Assembly: GCF_018350175.1 (NCBI RefSeq)
Contig: NC_058368.1
Span: forward strand, 217,002,001-217,066,000
Length of the DNA: 64,000 nucleotides
Source: Felis catus
Taxonomy: Eukaryota
Reading direction: 5' to 3'
Shown: positions 36,616 through 50,065 of the stretch, one piece after another
How the letters are laid out: every line of letters starts with the position of its first letter
Position numbering within the stretch: the first letter of the stretch is position 1
Program-made: the position numbers and the translations under genes
The notes under the pieces: generated by a model
The model's database searches: none
Told to the model about the DNA's origin: nothing
Seen by the model: only the letters and a program-made list of their open reading frames with translations

Positions 36616-37399
36616 CCCAGGCAGTTTGCTAGGTTTTTCACATTGTTAGCATTGCTGCATAATAGCAATTACAATGTCAGGTGATCCTACCAATTTATAA
36701 ACTCACCAATAGTACATGAGTTATTATTATCTCAATTTCCTGTCAGCAATTAGTATGATGAGTAGCTTTTCATTTCTATTCTGACAGTAATTAAATATCA
36801 ACTCATTTTTAACATTTTTCTTTTCCTAAATGGTGGGGATATCGAGAATCTCAATATTTTTTTGAACACGCAGGTTTTCTTTTAAAATTTTCTCAATAGA
36901 AATATTTTCATCAAGAAGTTTTTTTATTCACATTTAGTAGTTAATCCACATAGGAATGATTTTTGTGCACAGTATGAGGCAGAATAAAATTTTCTTTATT
37001 TTTACTGCATTGAGAGCCAATTTCTCCAATATTACTAGACTAGCTGTTTTCAAGTATATTAGTGTCTATTTCCCTGTAACAAATTTCCAAAAGTTTAGGG
37101 GCATAAAGCAGCACACTTTATTATCTTACAGTTCTATAGGTTAGAAGTCTTACACAAATCTCACCAGACAAAATAAAAGTGCTGGCTAACTGCATTGGCA
37201 GGAAAATAGCTGTGCTGTGCCACGGCCTGCTGTTCAGACGTGCCTCCTTCACACTGCCACCTACAGGCAGAAATGTCTAGCGCATCCCTGTGGTTCCTAA
37301 ATGAAACCCTAACCCTTTGGGCCCACCCAGGAGCAGGCTCTGGAATCACTTTGGCCCAGCAGCACCTTAAAACCTGTTTATATCCCTTTATCTGGTTTC

Positions 37400-38530
37400 A
37401 AGTGATGAATTCTTACACATGGAACCAAAAGTGTGATCCTTTTTTTTTTTTTTTTTTTGAGATGGATAAATCAGTCTTTAACAAAACGAAAAATGTTTCT
37501 TTCGTGAAAGTGTTGAGAAAACAAGAAGGCAAGCCACAGGGTAGAAGAATATATTTGCAAATAACATATCCAAGAAAGGTTCTGCATTGAGAATATATAA
37601 TAGACCCTCAAAACACAACAATAAGGAAACAATACATAAAAAATTGCTAAAAGATACAGACAGCATTTCACCAAAGAGGATATAAAGATGACAAATCAAC
37701 ATGTAAAGAGATATCCAATATTAATCATTAGCCCTTATAGAAATGGAAACTGAAAAAAAAAAAATCCAAAACACATGAGATGTCAGTACATGACTAGTAG
37801 AATAACAAAAAAATAAAAATAATACTGATAATACTAAACACTGAAAAGGGTGTGGAGAAACTAGAATTCTCAAACATTGATGATCAGAATGCCAAATTGT
37901 ACAGATGATCTGGAAGACAGTTTGGTGGTTTTTATAAAGTTAAACATACATTTCACAGCGTGACCACACAATCCCACTGCTCACTATTTAACCAGAAGTA
38001 AACTTATACCTATACAAATAAATTCACCTGAAGATCTGTAGCATATTCATATTGCTGAAAACTGGAAACATCCCAAATATGTTACAAGAGGCTAATAAAT
38101 AAACAAGTAAAATACTATGAACAATGGAATGGAATAGAATACCTTTCAGTAATTAAAATGAGTGCATTTTTCATAGACGCAACAATCTGGATGGATCTCA
38201 AATGCATTGTGCTGAGTCAAATAAGTTGGTCTCAAAAGGTTGCATATAAACTGTATGGTTCCACTTATGTTACAGCTTTGAGAATAAAAAAAAAAGCAAA
38301 AATTAGAACTATAAAAATTGGGAACAGGTCAGTGGTTGACACGGGTCATGGTGGGAGAATGGGATGAGAATAAAGGGATAGCACTAGGTTGCTTTTGGAG
38401 GTGATGGATCTGTTCTACATCCTAACTCTGCTGGTAATTTACATGAATCTATACATGTGTGAAAATGAATAAAATTTTTCACAAAGCAGTCCATTTTAAT
38501 CCATGATAATTAAAAAAAATGAAAATGAAA
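37400..38530 (+). mobile_element. Ancient L1M (MC/ME-like) 3' region
   Basis: GAATATATTTGCAAATAACATATC; GGGTGTGGAGAAACTAGAATTCTC; ATIWMDLKCIVLSQIS remnant. Confidence 0.7.
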
Positions 38531-38735
38531 AATAAATGCAGTATGTCAGATCAGACATTTAGGTCACCTTGTTGAAATGTTAGTTTTGGAGTTGAAGTTG
38601 AAGCCATTTATTCCTCTGGATTCAAAGGCTTTTGTGAAGAAAGTTTTTAATTAGACTAATGGTTTGCGATTGTCTGTTGTGAAGTTTTAGCAACAAGTTC
38701 AATGATCTTGAAGGCATTCTTTTGTTTAAAAAAAA

Positions 38736-38949
38736 TTTTTTTAATGTTTATTTATTACTGAGAGACAGAGAGAGAAACAGAGCGTGAGCAGGGGAGGGGT
38801 GGAGAGAGAAGGAGACAAAGAATCCGAAGCAGGCTCCAGGCTCTGAGCTGTCGGCACAGAGCTTGAAGCGGAGCTTGAACTCACTGAGTATGAGATCATA
38901 ACCTGAGCTAAAGTCGGCTGCCCAACCGACTGAGCCACCCAGGCGCCCC
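38736..38949 (-). mobile_element. Can-SINE
   Basis: Antisense body ending CCCAGGCGCCCC. Confidence 0.93.
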
Positions 38950-39086
38950 TAGAAGCCACTCCTAATAACAAAAAGGTTAGGAGATTTAAAGAGCAGAAGA
39001 GGTGAGGATGGGATCTTGAATGGAGGTATAGATTCTGTTAGAGAAAGCAATTGCTTCAAATCCCTTATTATGTAAACATTGTCTAT

Positions 39087-39307
39087 TTTTTTTTAATTTT
39101 TTTTTAACGTTTATTTATTTTTGGGACAGAGAGAGACAGAGCATGAACGGGGGAGGGGCAGAGAGAGAGGGAGACACAGAATCGGAAACAGGCTCCAGGC
39201 TCCGAGCCATCAGCCCAGAGCCTGACGCGGGGCTCGAACTCACAGACCGCGAGATCGTGACCTGGCTGAAGTCGGACACTTAACCGACTGCGCCACCCAG
39301 GCGCCCC
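39087..39307 (-). mobile_element. Young full-length Can-SINE
   Basis: CpG-rich consensus-like body; TSD TG(T/C)CTATTTTTTTT. Confidence 0.95.
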
Positions 39308-40742
39308 TGCCTATTTTTTTTTTTTAAGCTACAGTTTTATTTTTAGAATATTGGTCATTTTCAGAACCGACAGTCAAAAATCAGGAGTGATTCTTTTTAA
39401 TTTGTTTTATCGTTCACTTCTCTTATTTTAATTTTTAGGCTGAAAATTAGGTTTAAAATACTTTCTAGTTTCTCTGAGGATTGGGAATGCATGTGGTCTC
39501 TAGTCCTTGACCATTTGTCTTGTATTCTTTGTTCATTTCTAATTCTCTTTGTTTTTAAGATATGCTACTCTATTAGCCCCAAGCTTTTTGTCTCAACATC
39601 TATGTTTCATTAATGATAATACCAAATATTTATAGCGTACCTGTAACCCACCAGGTGGTCCTCACAACACAGATAGAGGCATATAATTTCAAATTGTACC
39701 TGTAAAGAAACTGAGCACACACACACAAATATTTAGAATCGATAGGTTTTTAGAGAAAATATAAAGCATATTTGGGTTATAGCAAATCATTTTCAGTCCT
39801 CTGTTCACAGATGTATAACTAGAATGCTATTATTCTAGATTCTTTATAAGACTTAGAAAAAATGCATTGTTTTTTTTTGTTTGTTTGTTTTACCAGAGAA
39901 CTGGAAAAAGAAAGTGAAAACAAAGCAAAGCATTCGTCTAAGAAAAATAAGTGTTAAAGATAGTATAGTGATTAAATAAATTTCACGTACAAATTTTAGT
40001 ATCTTTCCACTACTGATCTGAAGTCCAAAATACATTCATTTTGTAACAGCTAAACCTTATTCCGTGAAAAAAAATTAAGTGATGTAAGGTTGCTGAAATC
40101 AGGATGAGCTAGTGCATTTCTTGAGCAGTTCAAATTGAGCTTTCTAAAATCCTCTAAGCAGTTCAAATCTAAAAATAACCTAAATTATTCAGATCTTTAA
40201 TAATGTGCAAATACAATTCCATCCTTTCTAAGCTCTAGGTATGTGATAATTCCTATCATTTTTCATTAAAAGCTGTTGGATTTTGAACATTTAGAATTCT
40301 AATCTCATTGCCACAAAGGGCTGAAATGGCATTTATGTTGATCTCAAAGGAGATCACACATTTCATGGGCTAAGAGGAAGGAAGGCACTCCAGGAGCCTT
40401 TGGAGGAGAGAGGAGGGGGAGAGAAACACCACCCTTATATCATGAGGAAGATTCTGTCTGGCTAAAATGTTTGGGCATCTCCAGTACAAGATATCAAAAC
40501 AAAACTTTATAAAAATAATTTATTCTACTTTGATAACTATAAGTTGTTTTTGTAGTTTGCCCTCAAGAGGGTTGACCTTTACAAGACTATTCTATGTTCT
40601 AACCTAAAGAAAAACTAAGAACTACATGCATAGTATATTTAATAATATTTGACAGTTTAAATAAGAGGGAGAAAAGTGTTTTCTACACCTGAAATCAAGA
40701 GATTTGAGGAATGTAATGTTATCAATTAAAATGAATAGGAAA

Positions 40743-40850
40743 GGGGTGCCTGGCTAGTTCAGTCGGTAGAGCCTTTGACTCTTGATCTCAGGGTTGCAGG
40801 TTTGAACTCCACGTTGGGTGTAGAGATTGCGTAAAATAAAATTTTTAAAA
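40743..40850 (+). mobile_element. Short tRNA-Lys-like Can-SINE (older subfamily)
   Basis: GGGGTGCCTGGCTAGTTCAGTCGGTAGAGC...GACTCTTGATCTCAGGGTTG...TTGGGTGTAGAGATT plus tail. Confidence 0.85.
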
Positions 40851-42159
40851 AGAAATAAATAAATGGATAGGAAAACAAATAACACTCTTTATCAGACATA
40901 AATTTACTTTACAATGATAGATCCTTGAGATGTAGCAATTATGTAACTCAAATACGGTTTTGATGGGAAGGATGAACTCAGGAAACACTAAACTACAGAA
41001 ATGACAGTAATCACAGAAATCACAGTAAAACACGGAAGATCATCATATTATCAAACTTAGAAAGCATGTACATTATATCTTTTTATTTTGAAATTTAATT
41101 GCACTAATCTTTAGCCAATATATGAGTAATGTATTTATATTAGGAAAACATTCTTTATGGTTACATTCCTGAGATTAAGATTCACACTCCTTATGTTAGA
41201 AGCAACTTCCCTTACTCTGCCAACTTTCAAAACTATGATTCCACTCTTTTTCAAGAATCTTTCTTTCTCTAACTAGATGAAAGGTAATGTGAGGCCACCA
41301 TAAACTCGGTACAACACAGAAAAATGTAGTCAATTCAGCTTGCCTGCAATTTTAGTGCCTTCCGCTTTCAAACCATGGAAACCTAAGTACTCAGGAATTT
41401 TCCATTTCAGTTAACTTTTGTCAGCCTATGTGATGTGGCCTCATTCAGTTAGTACCTATTATTGACTTACTATTATGTGTCTTCTAGTATTGGGCACAAC
41501 CTACATGATTAACAGTGGTTTCTCTTAGCGTCTTCAAATATTACATGGCAAATATTATGCTTTTTGAAATATTCTGAGTACATGAGGAGACAGGGATTCT
41601 AACCGTCTTAAACATTGATCAGGGACCAAACCTTTGCAAATGTTTCAATACTTCTAAATGGAGAGTTCAACGAACCTTTACCATAAATAAGATTAAATTG
41701 GTATGTTTGTTACAATGCAGATTTCTGGGCATCACAATAAAGGGAGTAAAGGGGTGGATTCCAGAAATCATCTTAAAGGATTATGAGAAACCCATGAAAC
41801 ATTTGCCAGAAATTAACATCCTAATCTGTGACCGGATAGGACTGGTGGACTGTAATTCAGGACCTTTAACAGGAGTCACCCAAAGAAGTTTATCAAAGTG
41901 GTTACAATTTTAAAAACTCCCTAAATGACTGACTCTCAAAATATCTTTCCATTCTCTCCCTCAACCATACACACATTTACCAAAGAAACTGCCTTTCTCT
42001 TTGTGAGAACTGCTGCTGTATTTGATTCATAAGCTTCCCTTCACCTCTAATATTCTCTGGTGGTTCCTTGTCACAATTTGTTTTGCTTAGAGCAAAAACA
42101 ATGGACATGGACATTGCAAAGACATTTCTATCGCAGATTAGTTAAGATTCAGAGAGATT

Positions 42160-42390
42160 TAGTGGGCAGGGATCAGGGTTTGGGTTTAAACCACTCACTG
42201 ACTCTGTGACCTTGGACAAATTACTTAACCTCTTTGAAACTCAGTTTCCTGTCCTTGGAAGTTGAATAATGGTACCTAGCATTCAGGTTTATTGCATTGA
42301 TTTCACAAGATAAAATATAAGGAGTAGAACTGCAGTGCCTAATACATAACATGTCCTCAAAAGTAACAGTTATTTTTATGTTTATTATTA
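42160..42390 (+). mobile_element. MIR relic
   Basis: TGTGACCTTGGACAAATTACTTAACCTCTTTGAAACTCAGTTTCCT core. Confidence 0.75.
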
Positions 42391-43328
42391 TTATTATTAT
42401 TTTACTTTTTAAAGATAATTGTTACTCATCAAATTGCATGATGCACAACAAATACATAAACATGATTATAATCCATTCTTGAAAAATGACTATAGTGTTA
42501 CTGATTTGAGTTTTCTTCTATCATCTACCTAAAAACTATTTTATTTTCAGAGCTGACATCATTATTACTTTAAAGTTAGTACATACATAGGGGTGGGTCT
42601 CATCTAATTTCTGAGAAAGTTTTCCTCTGTTTATCTTTTCGCCTTACCTTTCAGATTAGGTAATTAACATTCTAATGAAGATCCTATAATTCACATATTA
42701 ATTTAGAGTCAGAGGCTCAAATGCTGTCAATATCGAAGTCCTATTCGAAACCAGAACCTTGCACCCTGTTCTAGGGAAGACTGATCCCCACTGTCCACCG
42801 CTATTCTTTTCCGAAGGTAACAGGGCATTTTCTTCCGCCTCCCATATACATCCCCTCTGATATGTCATGTTTTGCAGGTCTGCTTGTATCTAGGCCCTTG
42901 TCCCCCCGTGGACCTCTGTGAGCTTCAGTTTCGAGAGTTCCATGTGATACCTTCTATCGACAATTTTTGGCCTTAGGGTACATCTCAATCAGAAGCCCGG
43001 CAGTCCCTCAGACCTTAACGTTAACGATTCTTCATTTTCACGTTCGGAGGGACACATCACATTTAAATCACTGTCTGGATAATTCTCAGGCTACATTGAT
43101 CTGAAACGTCTTCATACTGCGTATTGTTCAACCCGGCTCTACATTTTTTTAAGGAGTCAGCCCTGGGAACACGCGGAGAAAGGACAGAAACCCATTTCAC
43201 CAAATTGAAAGGCCAAACTGAAACGGGTGGCGGTCCAGTAACAAGTAGAATGCTTGGCTGAGCAGCATGTTGACAGTGACGATGGCGGCTGTGGTCCAGA
43301 GGGCACTGTCATCGTTCCTCAAACAGCC

Positions 43329-43532
43329 TGTTATGGACTAAAGTTTGTGTCCCCCTCTGCCCCGCAAAATTTGAAGCCCCGACTTCCAGTGTCATGGTGT
43401 TTAGAAGTGGAGCCTTTGGGAGATAATTAGGTTTAGATAAAGTTATGAGGGTGGGGCTCCCATGATGGGATTAGTGTCCTTATAAGAAAAGAGAGGAGAC
43501 CCGAGCTCTCTCTGTCTCTACCATTTGAAGAC

Positions 43533-43578
<46 letters not shown>

Positions 43579-43731
43579 ATCTGCAAATCAGGAAGAGGGC
43601 TCTCACCAAACACAGAGTCTGCTGGCACTTTGAATCGTGGACTTGCAGCCTCCAAAACTTTGGGAAATAAATGTCTGTAGTTTAAGCCACCCACTCTGTG
43701 GTGTTTTGTGATGGCAATCTGAGCTGAGACA
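43329..43731 (+). mobile_element. MaLR LTR (MLT1A-like) with an internal poly(A) expansion
   Basis: TGTTATGGACTAAAGTTTGTGTCCCC start; ATGATGGGATTAGTGTCCTTATAAGAA; ends GAGCTGAGACA; A-run 43538-43575. Confidence 0.85.
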
Positions 43732-43899
43732 CAGTTTACCCAACATTCAGACATTTTATGATCGATTTTGGCTCTTCAGTATGCCCTTGCCTGAAATGCA
43801 CTTTCTGATCCCTTCACCTCTCCAAATTTTGTGAAAAATTTTTCTTAGTTTAAAATTCACATATAAGAATATTCATATTTCTTCTGAATAGAAGAGGGG

Positions 43900-44540
43900 T
43901 CCTAATCTCAACTGGAGGGGTCGTCTCTTCCCTGGTTTACTGCAATATCTTCTGACCTGGTCTTTCGGCTTCTCTCTTCATCCCTCAGCCTGTTCTTAAT
44001 TCAGTCGAAATTATCATGTTAAAACGTTAGAACATATCATTCTTTTGCTCAAAGTCCCCCATTGTCCTCATTTACTATTCTGAGTAAAGACCAGCTTCTT
44101 TACATGGCCCATATGTTCCCTCACTGCTCTCTGTAAAATGTCTGACTTCGTCTCCTACTACTTTCCCCTGCACTCCTGCATCCAAATTAGACCCCTTCAT
44201 TTTTGTGAACATTCCGGGTGTTCTGCTGCCTCAGGACCTTTGCACCTGCTGTCCCTGCTGGCTGGAAGGCCTTTCACCCAATTACCTACATATTTTGTTC
44301 CTACCAGTTTCTTGTTCAAATATTATCTTTTCAGTGAGGATTCTCCTAAAGTCTATGATGAAATAACCCTCCCCCAGCACTCCCTTTCATCTTCCTGCTT
44401 TATTTTATTCCTATCAGGTATATGACATATTCAACTTAGTTAATTGTTTATTGTCTGACTTCCTTCAAAATATAAAAACGTAAGGGAAGGGATTTCTCTG
44501 TATTGTTAGCTGCTGTATTTCCAGAAACAACGGGAGATAA
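43900..44540 (+). mobile_element. LINE-2 relic
   Basis: TGCCTCAGGACCTTTGCACCTGCTGTCCC...CTGGAAGGC, typical of the L2 3' region. Confidence 0.65.
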
Positions 44541-45130
44541 TGAAAAATTAGTACTGAGGAAAATTTAGTTTTAATTCATGATCTCTTGAAAATGCAAAAG
44601 CAGTTTACTCATCTTCCCAACCTGATAAACTTGTGTCTCAGTGAAAAACGCTTTTGGCTGAAATTGCCTTAAAACATACCAACTGGACAAGAAAGTTAGG
44701 GCTAACGGTGCTGCATATGTGACAGAGGGGTTGGGGATACAGATTCTTTCCGTCTTTGCACTCTGGCCTCCTCAAAGCATAAAAATGTCTACTTTTATGC
44801 TTCCTATAGGGCTGCATAAGACTTTTTTCTGTCACATCCATTTCTTTTCTAGGATGTAAATATTTCTATTGTGAGCAATAGGTAAAAGCTCACTCTTAGA
44901 CCAAACACATCACAAAAAGAGTAAGATAGATTAGATAAACTTTGAGTCATCTTGTGGCGCTAGATGCCCTGACCCCAGAACAAAAGCGGGAATCTCTTTG
45001 GAGGAGGATAAGGCATAGCTGTTAGGTAGATAACCTACAGTGTCTGACAAAACTTGTAAATATTACGGCTCACTGATTGGTCGGTTGTGGGTAAAGATTG
45101 ACGTTCATATTTGTTTGAAAAATTTGACCA

Positions 45131-45356
45131 GGGGCACTTGGGTGGCTCAGTCAGTTGAGTATCTGACTCTTGATTTCGGCTCAGGTCATGATCTCAGGAT
45201 TGTGAGATCAAGCCCTGTGGTGGGCTCCATGCTGGATATGGAGGCTGCTTAAGATTCTCTCTCTCTCTCTCTCTCTCCCTCAGCCTCTTCCCTACTTGCA
45301 TACATGCACGCACTGGCTCTCTCTTCCTCTCTCTCAAAAAAAAAAAAAAAAAAAAA
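45131..45356 (+). mobile_element. Can-SINE
   Basis: Head, (CT)n, poly(A); TSD AAAAATT(T)GACCA. Confidence 0.92.
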
Positions 45357-45559
45357 TTGACCAGGACCCACTTGGTGATAGTGTCATTCAGTAATCCATC
45401 AAATAGCAAGTCTGGAATGGAAGAGATTTGCCTAAGATATTGGTAGGGTATCATGACTGGAAACTGAAAAAAGGAGGTCTTGATACCAATGAAATCAACA
45501 GTGCCACTAGTTTTATGGCATTTATTCCATGCAATTTATTGACAATATACAATGGTGAC

Positions 45560-45780
45560 AATTTGGGTTTGGGTTTTGAGTCGGACAGGTATGTGTTAAC
45601 CTTAACTCTGCCACCTTGGAACTATGTAAACTTGGGCAAATTACTTAACTTTTCTGGTGTCTTAAAAAATAGAACGAGAGATCCAATCAGTACTTGCCTT
45701 TCAAATTTAATGAGAAAGAATGAATCAATATATTTTTCTAAACATGGAGAAATCAAACACAAATAAATAAGCAGTAAAAA
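45560..45780 (+). mobile_element. MIR relic
   Basis: CTTGGGCAAATTACTTAACTTTTCTG core. Confidence 0.6.
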
Positions 45781-47199
45781 TCCTGGAATAATTATTAAAG
45801 CACTTCAATGCACAACTTAATCAGTAATCAGGGTTTAAAATCCGTGTTCTCATTATAATTTTGCTCTGAGCACTGAATATATATTATGATCAGTGAGGTG
45901 AATATTTTATTCTAGTCAAAATATTATCATATATTAGAGAAACTGTAGGACATAGGGGTCTTTGTTAGTAATCCAGTTACAGTTTATTTTCTTTGTAATT
46001 TTGGGGGGGTAGGTAACAAATTACAGATTACAAATGGAAGAAGGTTTTATTTTTGGTTTTGTTTTTTGCAGTTACATTTCAATAAGTGGTCTTTTGATTG
46101 TTTTATTACCTGTGCATATGTGTGTAAGAGGTAAAGTTGCAGAGGGGAAACACAATTGATTTTAGAATTCAGAGAGTTCTGAGTTCCAGTCACTTTTTTC
46201 TTGTTCCTACCTATACATGTGTGGTAATTCAAAATTTCTGCATTTCAGTTTCATCATTTTTACTCAAGACCTTCAGATTATGACCTTCATCATTTTTAAA
46301 ATGGGGAAGAGGATTCTATAAATCTATTCATCTATCCAGATCTATTTGTTTATTATCTATCTATCTATATCTATAATAAAGCACCCCAGCATATTGGAAG
46401 AGTCAAATAAATTGTAGCATTTTAAATTAATTAAATTATTTCATATTTCTGTACTAACAAGAAAATCCATGAAGACATATGATAATATTGACAGCAATAA
46501 TCACAACAAGAATTAAAAATATTTAATGGACAGAGATGATAGTCTCTTAACTGGGAATAAAATATATTTTGAAGGGATTGTTCTCAAAGATTATTTTCAT
46601 AATTAATTTATAACTTCATGAAAACACCTGTTTTATTCCATCTGACAAATTAGGATGGGCAAAAACTTAAATGATTCCTCTCTCTGTTTCTTTATCTAGG
46701 TCACAATATCTGGCAGAGAGTAAGAACTCAAATGTATTCATTCTTTTTCTTGCTTTCTTTTTTTTTTTTTTCTAGCACATTCACCCTTGCTACACTCAGA
46801 GCTTTGCTTGCACTATTGAAACCCAGGTGTTGCTTATCTAGAGTTCCATTTGTTTCAGAATATTGAGGAGAGTTTTGTACAATTTGAAAACTTCAAAATT
46901 TTGCCTCAATAAAACCCAGTGGCAAAGTAATTTTAAATAGCTATTGTATAAACTAATTGATCTAATTACTGATACTATAAGTCTATTAAAATAATTTTGA
47001 TATCCCCAATGAATTCTATGCAATTAACTGCTTAACTATTTCATTTTAAATTCCATATTAAATTTTAATTAATAGCTTACATTTCATGTGCCTTTATATA
47101 ATTACATGATAAATTGTGCAGGTTTTGATCTTATAGACAACTTTAAACAGATGTTAAATCAAATTAGTTAATAACTGAAATGAGTTCTAAATAATTGTC

Positions 47200-47262
47200 T
47201 TCTCCTTCTCCTTCTCCTTCTCCTTCTCCTTCTCCTTCTCCTTCTCCTTCTCCCTCTCCTTC
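47200..47262. repeat. (CTTCT)n pentanucleotide microsatellite
   Basis: Read directly. Confidence 0.95.
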
Positions 47263-47794
47263 TCTTTCTTTTTCTTCTCTTTTCTGGTGTTTTAAATTCT
47301 TGAGGGCTTAGGTTTTTTGACTAGAGCTCTATTATAACCATTTTCTTCAAAAATAATTTGCATTACAAATATTAATTGAATATCCAGAACAACTCAAGTA
47401 CTTTTCTGGGAGATGAGTGCAAAGTAAGAAAAACACAAGGTAGTTTCAAAGAGTACGGTAGAGTGATCTAAGTTATTGGAGTCAAAGAAAGCTTTGGCTC
47501 GAGGGTGAACATGAACTCCCTGGATGAGGAGTGGAGAAAAGGGAATTCCATCTGGAGAAAAACTGAGAAATAAATTACCTGTCAAATACTATAAATTTCT
47601 AAATAAAAAACAATAATAAAATAAAATTTGAATTAACATGGCAGAAAGCTAGAAAGATAAGGGGAAGTGCACGGAGGCAAGTTGGTAAATACAGGCAGAG
47701 AAAAAGATGAAGTCTTATGGAACATGTTAAAGATTTTGGAGTGTTTATATTAAGTGCTTTAAAAAAGTTACTTCTTTTTTTTCTTCTTCACTAC

Positions 47795-49901
47795 TGTCAG
47801 GAACAAGATAGGGATGTCCACTCTCACCATTGTTATTTAACATAGTACTGGAAGTCTTAACCTCAGAAACCAGACAACTAAAAGAAATATAAGGCATTCA
47901 AATCAGCAAGGTAGAAGTCAAAATTTACCTATTTGCAGATGATGTGTTACTCTATGTAGAAAACCTAAAAGAACCCACCAAAAAATTGCTAGAACTGATA
48001 CATGAATTTAGCAAAGTCACAGGATATAAAATCAACATACAGAAATCTGTTTCTACCCACCAGTAATTTCTACACACCAATAATGAAGCAGCAGAAATAG
48101 AAATCAAGGAATTGATCTTATTTATAATTCTGCCAAAAACTGTGAGATGACTAGGAATAAACTTAACCAAAAAGGTAAAAAGATCTTTACTCTAAAACCT
48201 ATAGAATACTTATGAAGGGAATTGAAGAGGACACCAAGAAAGGGAAGAACATTCTGTGCTCATGGGTTGGAAAAACAAACATTGTTAAAATCTCTTTAGT
48301 ACCCAAAGCAATCTACACAACTAATGCAATCTCTATCAAAATACTACCAGCAGTTTTCACAGTGATAGAACTAACAATCCCAAAATTTGCATGGAACCAC
48401 ATAAGACCCCGAATAGCCAAAACAATCCTGAAAAAGCAAAGCAAAGCTGGAGGCCTTATATTCCAGACTTCAGGCTATAGCACAAAGCTGTCGTCATCAA
48501 GACAGTATGGTACTAGGGCAAAAACAGACACATAGATCAATGGAATAGAATAGAAAACCGATACATTGACCTACAACTATATGGCCAACTAATCTTTGAC
48601 AAAGCAGGAAGGAATATCCAATAGAAAAAAGGCAGTCTCTTTAACAAATGGTGTTGGGAAAACTGGACAACGACATGCAGAAGATTGAAATTGGACTACT
48701 CTGTTACACCATACACAACAATAAATTAAAAATAGATGAAAGATCTAACTAGATGAAAGGTAGGAAACCTTCTAAATCCTACAGGAGAACACAAGCAGAA
48801 ACCTCTTTGCTATAGGCCTTAGCAGTTTCTTACTAGACACATCTCTGGAGGCAAGGAAAACAAAAGCTAAAATGAACTGTTGGGCGAGGCTTCCTTCTGC
48901 ACAGTGAAGGAAACAATCAATAAAACCAAAAGTCAGCCTATGGAATGGGAGAAGACATATTTGATAAAGCGTTAGTATCAAAAATCTGTAAAGAAGTTAT
49001 CAAACTCAACACCCCCAACCGAATAATACAGTTAAGAAATGGCAGAAGATACGAATAGCCATTTTTCCAAAGCAGACATGCAGATGGCTAACAGACATAC
49101 AAATATGCTCAGCATCAGTCATCATCAGAGAAATAGAAATCCAAACCATGATGAGATGCCACGTCCTAGCTGTCAGAATGGCTAAAATTAACAACACAAG
49201 AAACAACAGGTGTTGGTGAGGATGTGACATTGCACTGTTGGTGGAAACGCAAACTGGTGCAATGACTCTGGAAAACAGTATGGAGGTTTCGGAGAAAGTT
49301 AAAATAGGATACCCTATGATCCAGCAATTGGACTACTAGGTATTTGTCCAATGAAACAAGAATATAGATTTAGAGGGGTACATACTTCCCAATGTTTAAA
49401 GCAACATCGTCAACAATAGCCAAACTATGGAGAGAGCCCAAATGTCTATCAGCTGATGAATGGATAAAGAAGATGTGGTATATATTTATACAATGGAGTA
49501 TTACTCAGCCATCATAAAGAATGAAATTTTGCATTTGCTATGAAATGGATGGAACTAGAATGTATTATGCTAAGTGAAATAATTCAGTCATAAAAAGACA
49601 AATACCATATGATTTCACTCATATGTGGAATTTGAGAAACAAAACACATGGTAGAGGGCAAAAAAAGAAAAAGAGAGAGGGAAACAAGCCATAAGAGACC
49701 CTAAGAGAACAAACTGAAGGTTGACGGAGGGAGGTGGGTGGGTAATGGGCTAGGTGGGTGATGGGTATAGGAGGGCACTTGTGATGAGCACTGGGTGTTG
49801 TATGTAAGTGATGAATCACTGAAGTCTTCTCCTGAAACCAATATTTCACTGTATGTTACTAACTAGAAATTAAATTAAAATTCGAAATGAAAAAAAAAAA
49901 A
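47795..49901 (+). mobile_element. 5'-truncated carnivore L1 (~2.1 kb), heavily degraded ORF2 and 3'UTR
   Basis: [16 protein letters not shown] and FADD remnants, many stops; collinear with 31995-34100 of the full-length L1; poly(A) at ~49890-49901. Confidence 0.93.
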
Positions 49902-50065
49902 TAATTGAGCAAATAATGGGAAATGTGATTTTACTTATGCTATATTTTAAGTTTTAAGCAGAACATTACCTAGTAATCCTTTAAAATATCAAAAATTGGG
50001 GGGAAAGAAGGCAGAGGGGTCTTGTGTAAGAGCGTTCAGATTTTCCAAAAGTAGCTTATTCTCTT

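Larger units (their letters stand above)
28074..36642 (+). mobile_element. MER21/CarLTR-like LTR (host element, ~0.9 kb) split by five insertions
   Basis: Pieces 28074-28160, 34118-34395, 34919-35307, 35714-35801, ~36350-36370 and ~36620-36642 join across the TSDs into a TG...CA element with MER21-like motifs (GGGGCTGGTCACCAGAAA; ATGAAGCCTTCATAAAAG; GTGTCAGAATTGAGTTAAATTGTAGGACAC). Confidence 0.75.

Noticed and set aside
39648..39664. CTCF-like motifs (CCACCAGGTGGTCC here; a weaker one at ~44948)
   Set aside because: Imperfect matches are expected by chance in 64 kb and cannot be supported without ChIP or conservation data.
40743..40850. tRNA-Lys-like sequence
   Set aside because: It has a SINE tail and a degenerate cloverleaf; it is a tRNA-derived SINE, not a tRNA gene.
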